Shown one piece after another: positions 34,244-42,894 of a stretch of 44,551 bases of DNA; position 1 is the stretch's first letter; every line of letters begins with the position of its first letter. Location of the stretch: sequence record MW331437.1; one strand, 5' to 3'. The translations under genes were made by a program, and so were the position numbers. Source of the stretch: Escherichia phage phiWAO78-1. The notes below the pieces were generated by a model. It did not search any database and was not told where the DNA came from. It worked only from the letters and a program-made list of their open reading frames with translations.

Positions 34244-34459
34244 ATGCAACCATCTGAACTAGGCATCCGTGTAGAGCAACGCCGTAAAGAACTCGGCATC
34301 TCCCAGCGCCGTCTGGCAGTCCTGACCGGCGTTTCCCAGGGCGCAATTAACCAGCTGGCACTTGGGGTAACTCAGGACGTCCGCCCGGCGACGCTGTTTA
34401 AACTGGCGGAAGTGCTGCAAGTAGACGCGAAGTGGCTGGCGCTAGGTGAAGGGGCTTAA
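34244..34459 (+). CDS. XRE-family helix-turn-helix transcriptional regulator (Cro/CI-like)
   Basis: 71 aa; ISQRRLAVLTGVSQGAINQL is a classic XRE-type HTH; AAGGAG SD; divergently transcribed from the early operon. Confidence 0.7.
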   Translation: MQPSELGIRVEQRRKELGISQRRLAVLTGVSQGAINQLALGVTQDVRPATLFKLAEVLQVDAKWLALGEGA

Positions 34460-34476
34460 TGCCCCTTTCTTTTTAC

Positions 34477-36717
34477 CTATTCCAAATCATCCTCTGTCAC
34501 CACCAGCATTTCATTCGGTTCGTATATTGTCTTTGGCCTCAATCTGTCGCCCATCTTTTCAGGTATCCGGTATGTGCCTGGTATAACTTCACCGTTAACA
34601 TCGCACCCGAGCATCAACTCACCGTCTTTCAGCATCTTCTCAAGATGGTGGTTGGTGATGGCGTGGTCCCCCGAGTTCGCCACTATCTGCCGTTGGGTAA
34701 AACCTCGTCCGGTGTCGTCGGACTGTTGCAGGTCTTCCAGCGCGGCGAGTATTGATTCCTTACGCCCTTCATCCTTCCCGCGTTTTACAGCATTCTTTAC
34801 GTTTTCTTTACCTTCTTTAGTTAACCCTTCTTCCCGCTCCTTCTCCTCGTCAGTTTTGAACGGCTCGAAGCCCCACGGCATCAGCACAAGCGCCTTGTGC
34901 GGCTCAGGCAGATCGAGGTTTACGATTGTGCCGTATTCCTCTGTGCAGCCGAGGAACTCAACAGCGCGATACTCTTTCGGCGGCGGAGCCTCACGGAACT
35001 GTACCGACTCCAGCACCATGCCAACCGTTTTCTGTTGAGGCCCGTGCTTAAATTTAGAGTGGTATACGTTTATCTGGCGGTCGGTCGCACGCTCAATTGT
35101 TAGCTCCACGTCGACACCCGCATACAGTGCCCCACTACCTCGGGCTTTCTTTCCACCCTTCGGAGTATGGTGGACAACACCCACCGCGGCTTTGGTTGCA
35201 TCACGCACTTCTTTCAGGATGGCAATGACTTTACCCATGCCGATTGCCGTCGATGAACTGTTCTCGTCGAACTTATCAATCGTCAGGGCCAGCGTCTGGT
35301 TAAGGGTGTCGAAGGCAACCATGCCAATTGGCTCGTCGCCTGCGGTTTCGCGCATTAGCTTAATAAGGCTTTTCAGTTTTCCAACTTCACCCATGTCGAT
35401 AACATGTACATAATCTTTACCTTCCTCGCCGTATTTAGCCGCGAGTGCGTCGATACGGGTGCGTGTAGCTGCGCCCCCCTCACCGTCAATATAGAAATGG
35501 TGGCAACGCTGGGTGTCGGCCCCGGCAAACCGGTATCCGGCAGCACTAAGGTACATCATACCCAGCGTATAGAATGATTTGTACGTGCCAGATTCCCCGA
35601 CGATGCCCCAGATACAATCCGATGGCATGTACCCTTCAACGACGAAATCAGCCTTTACCGGTTCTGGTAGCTCGTCCTCCTCTGGGTCATCGTCGTCTTC
35701 CAGGTCGTCGAGGCTGCATGAAACAGATTCACGCGCACCCCAGCCGATAGCCTCTGCGACTTCACTGAACGGCAGGCCAGTCGCATCGCACGCATATTTC
35801 CACACCTCTTTCGGCGACATACCTTCGGTTGCCATAATGTCGGTGTCGTGAATCATGGTTACGTTCGGCGCTTCATATCCTTCACGCGGGAAACACAGCA
35901 GGAAGTCGTCCGGACGCGGCGTCGGGTCGCTGTAGTTTTCTGCATGCTCTGGTGTGGCTGGCATCTTAAGGCCGCGTGGTGTCATAACACCGCCGTACTC
36001 GAACGCCAGTGCCTCAAACGCATCAGTAAACGCAGTGCGCAGTTCTTCCGGTATCTGGTAATCCGATGCGCTGCTCACCTCATAATCCGGTACGCCTTCC
36101 AGTAACTCGTCCGGGTCAATCAGGTCGTTGCGGCGCGACCAGATAACGGTAGAGCCTACCGGTGGCAGGTACATCGGTTGTGACAGAGTGAACCCGCTGC
36201 GGTCGGCGCCCATGCCTTTGAAGAAGTGCTCCAGCAATCCATGACGAACACGAATGATGTCACCGCCCTCAACCGTTCGGGCCAGCGGCATGACGACGCG
36301 AAAGCGCGGGGCTTCGTCTGTGTGTGATGCCGTGGTATAGAGGCACATCGCCCGCCGGCTGCGCTTAACCAGGCGCACAGCTTCCTGATACTCTTCCAGG
36401 GTTGCACTGTCAAAGTCCAGGTACGCCAGCGACGATTTGCTTACAGACGCGTCGCAGCGATAGAAAAAGCCTTTACGCGCTTGCTTAAAGTCACCTGTTT
36501 CCGGGTCTTTTACGGTGCTGTGCGTAGAGTCGCACGCGGCGGTGATGTAGCCAGGCGCGGTCTTCGAGTTAATCCCGTCACGGACGGCATCGAGCGGCTG
36601 GATTAAATCTTTCAGGTCGTCCAGTGTTGCCGTGTGTGTCGTTCTGACGTTTATATCCTTTTTCTCCGCCCTCGCGTTGCGACGGGACCACGAGTAGGAT
36701 AAAATCACATCGGACAT
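34477..36717 (-). CDS. DNA primase/helicase (RecA-like P-loop ATPase with N-terminal primase-like region)
   Basis: 746 aa; Walker A GIVGESGTYKS and downstream RecA-fold features in the central domain; size and context of phage primase-helicases. Confidence 0.7.
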   Translation of the reverse strand: MSDVILSYSWSRRNARAEKKDINVRTTHTATLDDLKDLIQPLDAVRDGINSKTAPGYITAACDSTHSTVKDPETGDFKQARKGFFYRCDASVSKSSLAYLDFDSATLEEYQEAVRLVKRSRRAMCLYTTASHTDEAPRFRVVMPLARTVEGGDIIRVRHGLLEHFFKGMGADRSGFTLSQPMYLPPVGSTVIWSRRNDLIDPDELLEGVPDYEVSSASDYQIPEELRTAFTDAFEALAFEYGGVMTPRGLKMPATPEHAENYSDPTPRPDDFLLCFPREGYEAPNVTMIHDTDIMATEGMSPKEVWKYACDATGLPFSEVAEAIGWGARESVSCSLDDLEDDDDPEEDELPEPVKADFVVEGYMPSDCIWGIVGESGTYKSFYTLGMMYLSAAGYRFAGADTQRCHHFYIDGEGGAATRTRIDALAAKYGEEGKDYVHVIDMGEVGKLKSLIKLMRETAGDEPIGMVAFDTLNQTLALTIDKFDENSSSTAIGMGKVIAILKEVRDATKAAVGVVHHTPKGGKKARGSGALYAGVDVELTIERATDRQINVYHSKFKHGPQQKTVGMVLESVQFREAPPPKEYRAVEFLGCTEEYGTIVNLDLPEPHKALVLMPWGFEPFKTDEEKEREEGLTKEGKENVKNAVKRGKDEGRKESILAALEDLQQSDDTGRGFTQRQIVANSGDHAITNHHLEKMLKDGELMLGCDVNGEVIPGTYRIPEKMGDRLRPKTIYEPNEMLVVTEDDLE

Positions 36718-36775
36718 ATTGTATATTCCTTCAGCAAGTAATTTAGCCTCGGCGCTCTAACGCTGGGGCTTTCTT

Positions 36776-37009
36776 TTATTCCAGGTCTTCTAAAGTAGCG
36801 GCCATTCCGCGAACTTCAGCAACAGCGCTATATCTCCCGCCAACATTTTTCACGACACCGGATTTAACCAGTACCTTTAACGACCCTTCAATAATGGCTG
36901 AACTATAGTACTTAAAATAACTACGGCGCAAGTCGATAACGCTGCATGACCCTTTTTTACGTGTTAATGAAACGACTGCCGTAAACACTCGTGATTGAAA
37001 CTCAGTCAT
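36776..37009 (-). CDS. Hypothetical protein
   Basis: 77 aa ORF overlapping the upstream HTH gene. Confidence 0.4.
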   Translation of the reverse strand: MTEFQSRVFTAVVSLTRKKGSCSVIDLRRSYFKYYSSAIIEGSLKVLVKSGVVKNVGGRYSAVAEVRGMAATLEDLE

Positions 37010-37176
37010 TTCACGTTCTCCTTAATCCACGCTTCCACTTTCTCTCGGTCAAACGTACCAGGCTGGCGGCGACCCATAATGCGGATACAACAATCCGGGA
37101 ACTTCCCACTCTTTAACCAGTTATTCAGCGTGCGACGAGTAACCCCGATACGCTCGGCTACCTCATTCTGCGTCAT
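37006..37176 (-). CDS. AlpA/excisionase-like HTH DNA-binding protein
   Basis: MTQNEVAERIGVTRRTLNNWLKSGKFP matches the AlpA-type HTH pattern; start at ATG 37176 with GAGGG SD (ORF open from 37209). Confidence 0.5.
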   Translation of the reverse strand: MTQNEVAERIGVTRRTLNNWLKSGKFPDCCIRIMGRRQPGTFDREKVEAWIKENVK

Positions 37177-37208
37177 TCTCAAACCCTCATTATCAGTTAA
37201 CGGAGGCA

Positions 37209-37237
37209 AGTATACATTGCGAATAGTGGGAAATCAA
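37209..37237 (-). promoter_or_regulatory. Candidate sigma70 promoter TTGATT-N17-TATACT for the AlpA-like gene
   Basis: Hexamers at optimal spacing on the minus strand; spacer contains a GAATAG half-site. Confidence 0.4.
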
Positions 37238-37517
37238 ACATAATTGCACCTATTGACATTATGAAAATCTTCGTTTAAGGTGCTTCTATATCTTAGTTAC
37301 TTTGATTCTTGTTCACCTTGTAAAACCCGCCGAAAACGAGCGCTCAACGCGAAGTGTTAGGCGGCAGTTTACTGAACATGAGAATTATCGTAACTTTCCT
37401 TCCTAAGTATCTCCGGTTGCCCTGGGCAAGCTCTATTCTCATCGGCAGCATACCTCTTAAGTATCTGATTTTCTTAATGTGCCGTAGATTCGCAACCGTA
37501 AAAATGTAACGATTATC

Positions 37518-37541
37518 GGGCAGGCTTAATGCCTGCCCTTT
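37518..37541 (+). terminator. Terminator-like hairpin (GGGCAGGC-TTAAT-GCCTGCCC + TTT)
   Basis: 8-bp perfect stem in a roughly 450-bp region without convincing ORFs. Confidence 0.35.
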
Positions 37542-37610
37542 AGTTACCAAGTAATAAGAATAAAGGCACGACCCTCCCTAAAGAATCACAACGGCAACGT
37601 AACTATTCTC

Positions 37611-37643
37611 TTGCACACCCCAACATAATAGGATACTATTCAC
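37611..37643 (+). promoter_or_regulatory. Class-1 conserved promoter-like element, copy D
   Basis: TTGCACACCCCAACATAATAGGATACTATTCAC on the plus strand about 30 nt upstream of the first gene of the rightward small-ORF array. Confidence 0.6.
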
Positions 37644-37673
37644 TTATCGGAACGATACAGAGGAGTGAGGGTT

Positions 37674-37865
37674 ATGTTTAAGAAGGGTCAGTTGGTTAAA
37701 TGCGCCGACGGTAAACACGGTGTGATTGAATTAAAATCTGCTTTATTTCCGGGAGAGTACGTAGTTACTGTGCAAAAGGTGAGAGGAGTAAATTCGGTGG
37801 TATACGTAGCGGAAGAGAATTTAAAACTAATCGGCAACAATTTTAAATTCAAAGGGGAGAAGTGA
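37674..37865 (+). CDS. Hypothetical small protein
   Basis: ATG 37674 with GAGGAGTGAGGG SD (ORF open from GTG 37665). Confidence 0.4.
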   Translation: MFKKGQLVKCADGKHGVIELKSALFPGEYVVTVQKVRGVNSVVYVAEENLKLIGNNFKFKGEK

Positions 37866-38104
37866 TGCAAATCATAATTACAGATAACACAGTTTCCTAC
37901 GAAAAAGATGACGACGATACTTTGGAGAGCATAGGCGTAAATATCGGTGATGTTTTCGATGTCCTTGGTATCGTATCAGGCAGCTGGTGGATTAAGGTCG
38001 GTCGCTACAAAGTTCCGGTAAGCAAGGCAGAAGCGAAAATATTCTCAACGGCATCGAATCATGATGCTCGTGCCGACGACTCTGAGGGAGGTTGCCGTGA
38101 ATAA
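37862..38104 (+). CDS. Hypothetical small protein
   Basis: 80 aa; ATGA overlap with upstream gene. Confidence 0.4.
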   Translation: MMQIIITDNTVSYEKDDDDTLESIGVNIGDVFDVLGIVSGSWWIKVGRYKVPVSKAEAKIFSTASNHDARADDSEGGCRE

Positions 38105-38164
38105 TTACCTGTTTATTTTAATTGTCAGCGCCGTTTGTGTGGTGCACGCGTTGTGGGGGCTGGT

Positions 38165-38356
38165 ATGAGAATTCGTATAACCAAGATAAATGGCTTTCTA
38201 CCACTGCCTTACGGTGACTATCCTCTTTACCACTTTGGGGTATGCGTTGGGCAGGAGTTCGATACTATCGGCGAAAACGAGTATGGCTTTGTCGTAGAAC
38301 ATGACGGAGAGCCGCTATTCATTAGACGCAGTGAATGTGAAGTTCTGGAGGACTAA
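38165..38356 (+). CDS. Hypothetical small protein
   Basis: ATG 38165 (ORF open from 38135). Confidence 0.35.
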   Translation: MRIRITKINGFLPLPYGDYPLYHFGVCVGQEFDTIGENEYGFVVEHDGEPLFIRRSECEVLED

Positions 38357-38359
38357 GTT

Positions 38360-38503
38360 ATGAGAGAAGCATTTGAACGGTGGGCTGTCGTCGAGGGTCT
38401 GCCGGTTAACAAGGGTTCGAAGAAAGAGTACCTGAACGTTAAGACGCGTCTCGCGTGGCGGGCGTGGAAAGCTGGTGTTCGAACTGCGATGAGTAAGAGG
38501 TGA
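38360..38503 (+). CDS. Hypothetical small basic protein (47 aa)
   Basis: GGAGGA SD before ATG 38360; below ORF-track cutoff. Confidence 0.3.
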   Translation: MREAFERWAVVEGLPVNKGSKKEYLNVKTRLAWRAWKAGVRTAMSKR

Positions 38504-38506
38504 GAT

Positions 38507-38701
38507 GTGTGTGAGTGGGTTAAGTGTAGTGAGCGGATGCCAGATGACTTTGAAGATGTACTGGTTTCAGATGGGGGTAACGTTGAGGTGATGTGGTGGG
38601 ATTGCGATGGCTTCTGGGATTGTTGGGCACCGCGTAACTCAAATATCAGTAGTGACGATGTGACTCACTGGATGTCGTTACCTGAGCCGCCGGAAGTGTG
38701 A
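38507..38701 (+). CDS. Small Trp/Cys-rich protein, possibly DUF551-like
   Basis: MPDDFEDVLV...VTHWMSLPEPP pattern resembles DUF551 phage proteins (from memory); GTG start. Confidence 0.35.
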   Translation: MCEWVKCSERMPDDFEDVLVSDGGNVEVMWWDCDGFWDCWAPRNSNISSDDVTHWMSLPEPPEV

Positions 38702-38825
38702 TGTTCAATAGTTTGTGATTTTACTGAGTGACTTACGCTGCTACACAGCAGCGTATCATTTTTCTCATTTTTGTTCTATTTCACCAAACGCAACCATCGA
38801 AGCGACTATTGCAGGAGATGCAACA

Positions 38826-38996
38826 ATGAAACTGAATGACATCGTAACCTGGACCGGTAGAAACGGAGAAAAGCGATTCGGGCTTATTGTTGCATCAAAC
38901 GGCAACAAGTACCGTGTTATGCGATGGCGTCAGTGGGCACGACGCCAGAGGTACTACTGGATTCGCAGTGAACGTTTATCTTTAAAACACCAATAA
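38826..38996 (+). CDS. Hypothetical small protein (56 aa)
   Basis: ATG 38826 with AGGAGA SD (ORF open from 38715). Confidence 0.35.
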   Translation: MKLNDIVTWTGRNGEKRFGLIVASNGNKYRVMRWRQWARRQRYYWIRSERLSLKHQ

Positions 38997-39001
38997 AATT
39001 T

Positions 39002-39034
39002 CTTGCCACTGGGATAGAATAGGCTACTATTCAT
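39002..39034 (+). promoter_or_regulatory. Class-1 conserved promoter-like element, copy E (diverged)
   Basis: CTTGCCACTGGGATAGAATAGGCTACTATTCAT keeps TTGCC, the AATAG-N4-CTATT dyad and TACTATTCA; 27 nt upstream of ATG 39062. Confidence 0.45.
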
Positions 39035-39061
39035 TTACACAGACGAGAGGAGAGACAGAGG

Positions 39062-39199
39062 ATGAAATACGAAATTTTAGACGTAACTAAATTAGCCGAG
39101 AATTACGCAATATATGGCTTGGCTGTTGTTTGTGACGGGGGTGCAAAGCGTGCCTACACTGCGGGCACTGAGGAGCCAGAAGATGTTCCTGGAATGTAA
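39062..39199 (+). CDS. Hypothetical small protein (45 aa)
   Basis: GAGAGGAGAGA SD; below ORF-track cutoff. Confidence 0.3.
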   Translation: MKYEILDVTKLAENYAIYGLAVVCDGGAKRAYTAGTEEPEDVPGM

Positions 39200-39393
39200 A
39201 TCCTACGAGGGCTATTGGGTGCTGACTAAAAACGACCTGTACCACCTCAAAGAAGACGGCGACGAGAGCCGCTGCTAAGTAATAGACGACAACGGCACTG
39301 AACTTGATGTCTATTACACCGGGTATGGTCGGTGGGCGCTATCTGCGGACGATGACTTTGTGTTTGAAGAATATAACGGGGAGGAGTCAGAAG

Positions 39394-39930
39394 ATGAGTA
39401 ACAAAAACGAAGTATTCGAGTACCTGATTGACCAACTACGGCAGCAGGTAAATAAGAAAGATGTCACATCTTTCAATGTGTCTGTACAGATATCCGACCT
39501 TGATGAGGTCAAGCAGGTAATCCACAACCTACAGCAGCATATCGCTGGTAGGGACGACGAAATACGTGTGCTGAAAGACACCCTACGGCAGCGGGTAAAT
39601 AACAACCAGTGCGAAGACCTGGCCCATGAGGTGTTGTCACTTAAGAACCAGTTACGTGATGCTTCGGCGCAGATTAAGGAGTTGCATCTGGCGTTGGTCA
39701 AAGCTGTGGGTGACAGGGAGGCGTACAAACTTATCCGCAAACAGGAGCAATCTGGTTGCTGTAAAGAAGATACTCAGGAATGCCACCATAACTGGCGATT
39801 CGTTAACGGAAAGGCTCCCGCCGTATGTATTAATTGCGGCGTGACCAAAACTGAGGAGTGTGGACACGTGTGGGAATATTATTACCCAAACGGCCGGCGT
39901 TGTACCAAATGCGGGGCGATAAACTTATGA
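39394..39930 (+). CDS. Coiled-coil protein with C-terminal Cys4 zinc-ribbon-like cluster
   Basis: ATG 39394 with GGGGAGGAG SD; C-terminus CINCGV...CTKCG. Confidence 0.45.
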   Translation: MSNKNEVFEYLIDQLRQQVNKKDVTSFNVSVQISDLDEVKQVIHNLQQHIAGRDDEIRVLKDTLRQRVNNNQCEDLAHEVLSLKNQLRDASAQIKELHLALVKAVGDREAYKLIRKQEQSGCCKEDTQECHHNWRFVNGKAPAVCINCGVTKTEECGHVWEYYYPNGRRCTKCGAINL

Positions 39931-40130
39931 CCAGCATCTTATTTATCTGGGTACTAAGTGTGGGCCAGATGCAACTAGCGGCATCAGAAACGTTTTACTC
40001 GATGGAGGCGTGCCAGTCAGCGGCACGCGCCGCAGAGAACGCGCACTTCCTGTTTCAGGGTGACAAGCCCAACGATTCAGAGGTACGCGCTATCTGCTCA
40101 CCTAAGCGACTTGGTAAACAGGAGAAGTGA
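39927..40130 (+). CDS. Small protein with N-terminal signal/TM segment
   Basis: ATGA overlap with upstream gene; hydrophobic N-terminus SILFIWVLSVG. Confidence 0.35.
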   Translation: MTSILFIWVLSVGQMQLAASETFYSMEACQSAARAAENAHFLFQGDKPNDSEVRAICSPKRLGKQEK

Positions 40131-40132
40131 TT

Positions 40133-40426
40133 ATGGTACAGAGATATGAGTTAAAAGAAGACTGTGTTACCGGGCATATTGACTTAGAGGAAGATGCCGG
40201 CGGTGATTGGGTTGGCTATGAAGATTACGTAAAACTTGAAGCTGAACTTAGTGGACTTAAAGAGTGGCGGGCGCAGGTAATAGACGTTGCCTTAAAAGCG
40301 TCCGAGGAAGCACGCACCACGATAGCTAATCTCGAAGCCGAGTTACAGAAATACAAAGACCAGTTCCCGGATTACATCGAGTGCGCGAACTGTGGGTCAA
40401 TTACACATGTGGAAGGGGTGGAGTGA
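40133..40426 (+). CDS. Hypothetical protein
   Basis: ATG 40133 (ORF open from 40127). Confidence 0.4.
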   Translation: MVQRYELKEDCVTGHIDLEEDAGGDWVGYEDYVKLEAELSGLKEWRAQVIDVALKASEEARTTIANLEAELQKYKDQFPDYIECANCGSITHVEGVE

Positions 40427-40719
40427 TGTCGTTAGCAACTGACATCCTGAAACGAAGCGGCCTTGCGCCGCTGTCACCGAGAGCTAAAACACAGATATAC
40501 AAACGTCAGGGTAATGCGCTGTTCCCCGAGATTCAGGCCAGACGCAAAGCGGTCCGCGCCTGTGGATTCCAGAACGGGAAGGCCGTGAATCTCGGTGAGT
40601 TCAAAACGCAGGAACGCGCGGCTATCGCTAATCGGTTATTTAATTACTGGAAATCGCTGGGTTATGAAGATATTCCGACGAAACCACAGAGACGACAATA
40701 CATCTGGCGCCATAAATAA
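40426..40719 (+). CDS. Hypothetical protein
   Basis: ATG 40426 overlapping upstream stop (GTGATG). Confidence 0.35.
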   Translation: MSLATDILKRSGLAPLSPRAKTQIYKRQGNALFPEIQARRKAVRACGFQNGKAVNLGEFKTQERAAIANRLFNYWKSLGYEDIPTKPQRRQYIWRHK

Positions 40720-40794
40720 ACCGTTATTAGGATAATTCCTACCCGTGGTATCCTCCAGTTACTGCATACTTAATACGCACCTGGAGGATTCATC

Positions 40795-41103
40795 TTGGAT
40801 AAATTTACTGAAACAGTGACAGGCTGGCTTCTCGCAGCCGCACTCGCCGGAGGAGTCATCGGACTACGACAACATAAGTCCGTCATTTCCGGCCCTATCG
40901 ACGGCTTCTGCTTTATTGCAACCGGCTTCACTTGCGCCGTATTTGGTGCGCCTCTTGCCGCTCAATGGTTCGGTATCACAGGCGACCGTGAAATCGCGGG
41001 CCTCGGATTCATCATCGCTATTCTCTGGATGCCTATCTATTCCCGCCTCTCCGGTATCGTCGCCGGGGAATACATCGCACGTCGAGGAGGCCCAGATGAA
41101 TGA
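40795..41103 (+). CDS. Holin-like membrane protein (putative)
   Basis: 102 aa with several hydrophobic segments, first gene of a three-gene cassette ending in endolysin. Confidence 0.5.
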   Translation: MDKFTETVTGWLLAAALAGGVIGLRQHKSVISGPIDGFCFIATGFTCAVFGAPLAAQWFGITGDREIAGLGFIIAILWMPIYSRLSGIVAGEYIARRGGPDE

Positions 41104-41368
41104 GTTATTCTGGTTCGGCGGTATGCTGGCAATAGGAGGCACATCGCTGTTTAATGTATATCATCCCAGCGTGGACGACGGATTATTTGGCCGGGTGCTC
41201 TATATCCTGACTGCTATTGTCTGCGCTGCCGGGTGTATCCACATGTTACAGGGCAGCATGTCACCGACGTTGCCCGAGACATTAATCACATTAGTCGCGC
41301 TGCGCCAGATTCGTCAGGCGTGGCTATCGTACGGAGGACATAAGCGTGTCTCGAAACATTTCAGATAA
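41096..41368 (+). CDS. Second holin/antiholin-like membrane protein (putative)
   Basis: GGAGG SD; hydrophobic segments FWFGGMLAIGG and VLYILTAIVCAAG; overlaps both neighbours. Confidence 0.4.
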   Translation: MNELFWFGGMLAIGGTSLFNVYHPSVDDGLFGRVLYILTAIVCAAGCIHMLQGSMSPTLPETLITLVALRQIRQAWLSYGGHKRVSKHFR

Positions 41369-41831
41369 TGGATTGCATTTTACCGCTGCGTTCGAGGGAT
41401 TCCGTGGAACCGCGTATCGCGCTACACCTTCGGAAAAATACTTAACCATAGGCTACGGAAGCTACGGCCCTCATGTGTATGAAGGACAGAAGATTACGAA
41501 GAGGCAAGGCCTCCTGTTGCTGAATCGCGATATGGCTAAGGCCGTAGCTGCGGTTGATGCAGCGGCGCACCATTCACTGACACAGGCGCAGTTCGACGCA
41601 GTGTGCGACCTGGTCTATAACGCGGGTACTGGCGTGGTAGCAGCTACTACTGGCACGGGTAAGGCGCTGCGTTCCGGCGATATTGCGACGCTGCGGGCTA
41701 AGCTGGCTCTGTTCATCAACCAGAACGGCAAACCGTTACTTGGTCTACGCCGCCGTACTGCTGGGCGCCTGGCGCTGTTCGACGGTAAACCGTGGCAGGA
41801 GGCTGAGGCTATCGGGAGGGCCATTAAATAA
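41346..41831 (+). CDS. Endolysin, GH24 lysozyme-like (T4 lysozyme family)
   Basis: N-terminal catalytic pattern EGFRGTAYRATPSEKYLTIGYG matches the E...D/T...TIGxG lysozyme signature. Confidence 0.8.
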   Translation: MSRNISDNGLHFTAAFEGFRGTAYRATPSEKYLTIGYGSYGPHVYEGQKITKRQGLLLLNRDMAKAVAAVDAAAHHSLTQAQFDAVCDLVYNAGTGVVAATTGTGKALRSGDIATLRAKLALFINQNGKPLLGLRRRTAGRLALFDGKPWQEAEAIGRAIK

Positions 41832-42044
41832 TGGACGAATATGAAGGCGTTTAGTATTCTGGTTAGGCCAAGTTTTTCGTATTTGCTAATGGAGGCCAAT
41901 ATGGCATTGCAAGAGTTCACTAACCCTGTTAAATCTCGTGATGATATCGACGAGTCTATTGGTTACGGCGAAGGTTGACACCTAAGAGTGATCCGACGAT
42001 ACTTAAATTACCTCCTGTTCCATCCCTCTGCTCTCCAGTTTTAT

Positions 42045-42074
42045 CCCGGCCCTGACCCAGCCGGGATTTTTTTT
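42045..42074 (+). terminator. Strong rho-independent terminator (CCCGGC-loop-GCCGGG + T8)
   Basis: 6-bp GC stem followed by eight consecutive T residues. Confidence 0.75.
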
Positions 42075-42159
42075 ATCTATTTTCTGCAATGACTAGTTGA
42101 CTATTACTCTGACACCAATTATATTTACTCCATCGACAACGAGAACGGAGTAGGCAGAA

Positions 42160-42348
42160 ATGATGACTAAGATTAAGCACACCGATAATTGGGGCGATTT
42201 CCTGGAGATAGATAAGTGCAGGGACGGGTCATTACTTATAACTTGTACCGACGGTGATAGCGACGAATCAGGTAATGTTAATATGAGCCTGGATGATTTT
42301 ATGACTATTGTTGAGCAGGTTCTGGCGTTTTATGGAGATGTTAAATGA
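42160..42348 (+). CDS. Hypothetical small acidic protein
   Basis: 62 aa ORF after terminator. Confidence 0.4.
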   Translation: MMTKIKHTDNWGDFLEIDKCRDGSLLITCTDGDSDESGNVNMSLDDFMTIVEQVLAFYGDVK

Positions 42349-42494
42349 AAATCACAGATATCGAAGCATTCAAAGACGCGCAACTGATGGCACGCATTGC
42401 CGTTAGTCACCTGGGTGGAAGCATTCCTGCGGATTCGTTCTGGGCAGCAGCGGTGAAGGCACTGAAAGCAGCTTATGCAGGAGAGAAGAAATGA
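42345..42494 (+). CDS. Hypothetical small protein (49 aa)
   Basis: ATGA overlaps with neighbours; below ORF-track cutoff. Confidence 0.3.
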   Translation: MKITDIEAFKDAQLMARIAVSHLGGSIPADSFWAAAVKALKAAYAGEKK

Positions 42495-42700
42495 ACAATG
42501 TTACTGTCGGCGGAATCTATATGAGTGATTACTCGTGGGAGGGAGAGGGTGGCGCCAGATTCATCGTAACTGCGGTTGGGTTGGACCACGTGCTTATTGC
42601 AGACCTCCCATTGATAAAATTCAATGAATCCTATTTGGAATATTGTGTTGGCCGAAAGGAGTTCGAGGCTAAATTTAAGTTTGCAGGAGAGAATAAATGA
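42491..42700 (+). CDS. Hypothetical small protein
   Basis: 69 aa ORF, translationally coupled. Confidence 0.4.
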   Translation: MNNVTVGGIYMSDYSWEGEGGARFIVTAVGLDHVLIADLPLIKFNESYLEYCVGRKEFEAKFKFAGENK

Positions 42701-42894
42701 AAGTTAAAGCCGCTAAAATTCTCTGGTTAGCCGCCCTTGACTATGTGACAGAGGGTAAAGTGTATGATGTATACAACCCGACAGCTACTGGTTTCGGTTA
42801 TATAGACTCCGACGACGACTGCCATATTTTCATAGACTTTGGTAACGATGATGGTGATGGTTTCCATGGCGTTAAATGGGAGGTTGTAGAATGA
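42697..42894 (+). CDS. Hypothetical small protein
   Basis: 65 aa ORF, translationally coupled. Confidence 0.4.
   Translation: MKVKAAKILWLAALDYVTEGKVYDVYNPTATGFGYIDSDDDCHIFIDFGNDDGDGFHGVKWEVVE

Noticed and set aside
34574-35038. 154-aa plus-strand ORF inside the primase/helicase gene
   Set aside because: Antisense to a motif-supported gene; Ser/Pro/Arg-rich low-complexity translation.
37344-37550. 68-aa minus-strand ORF in the non-coding region
   Set aside because: No SD, odd composition, and it overlaps the hairpin and direct repeats; treated as non-coding.
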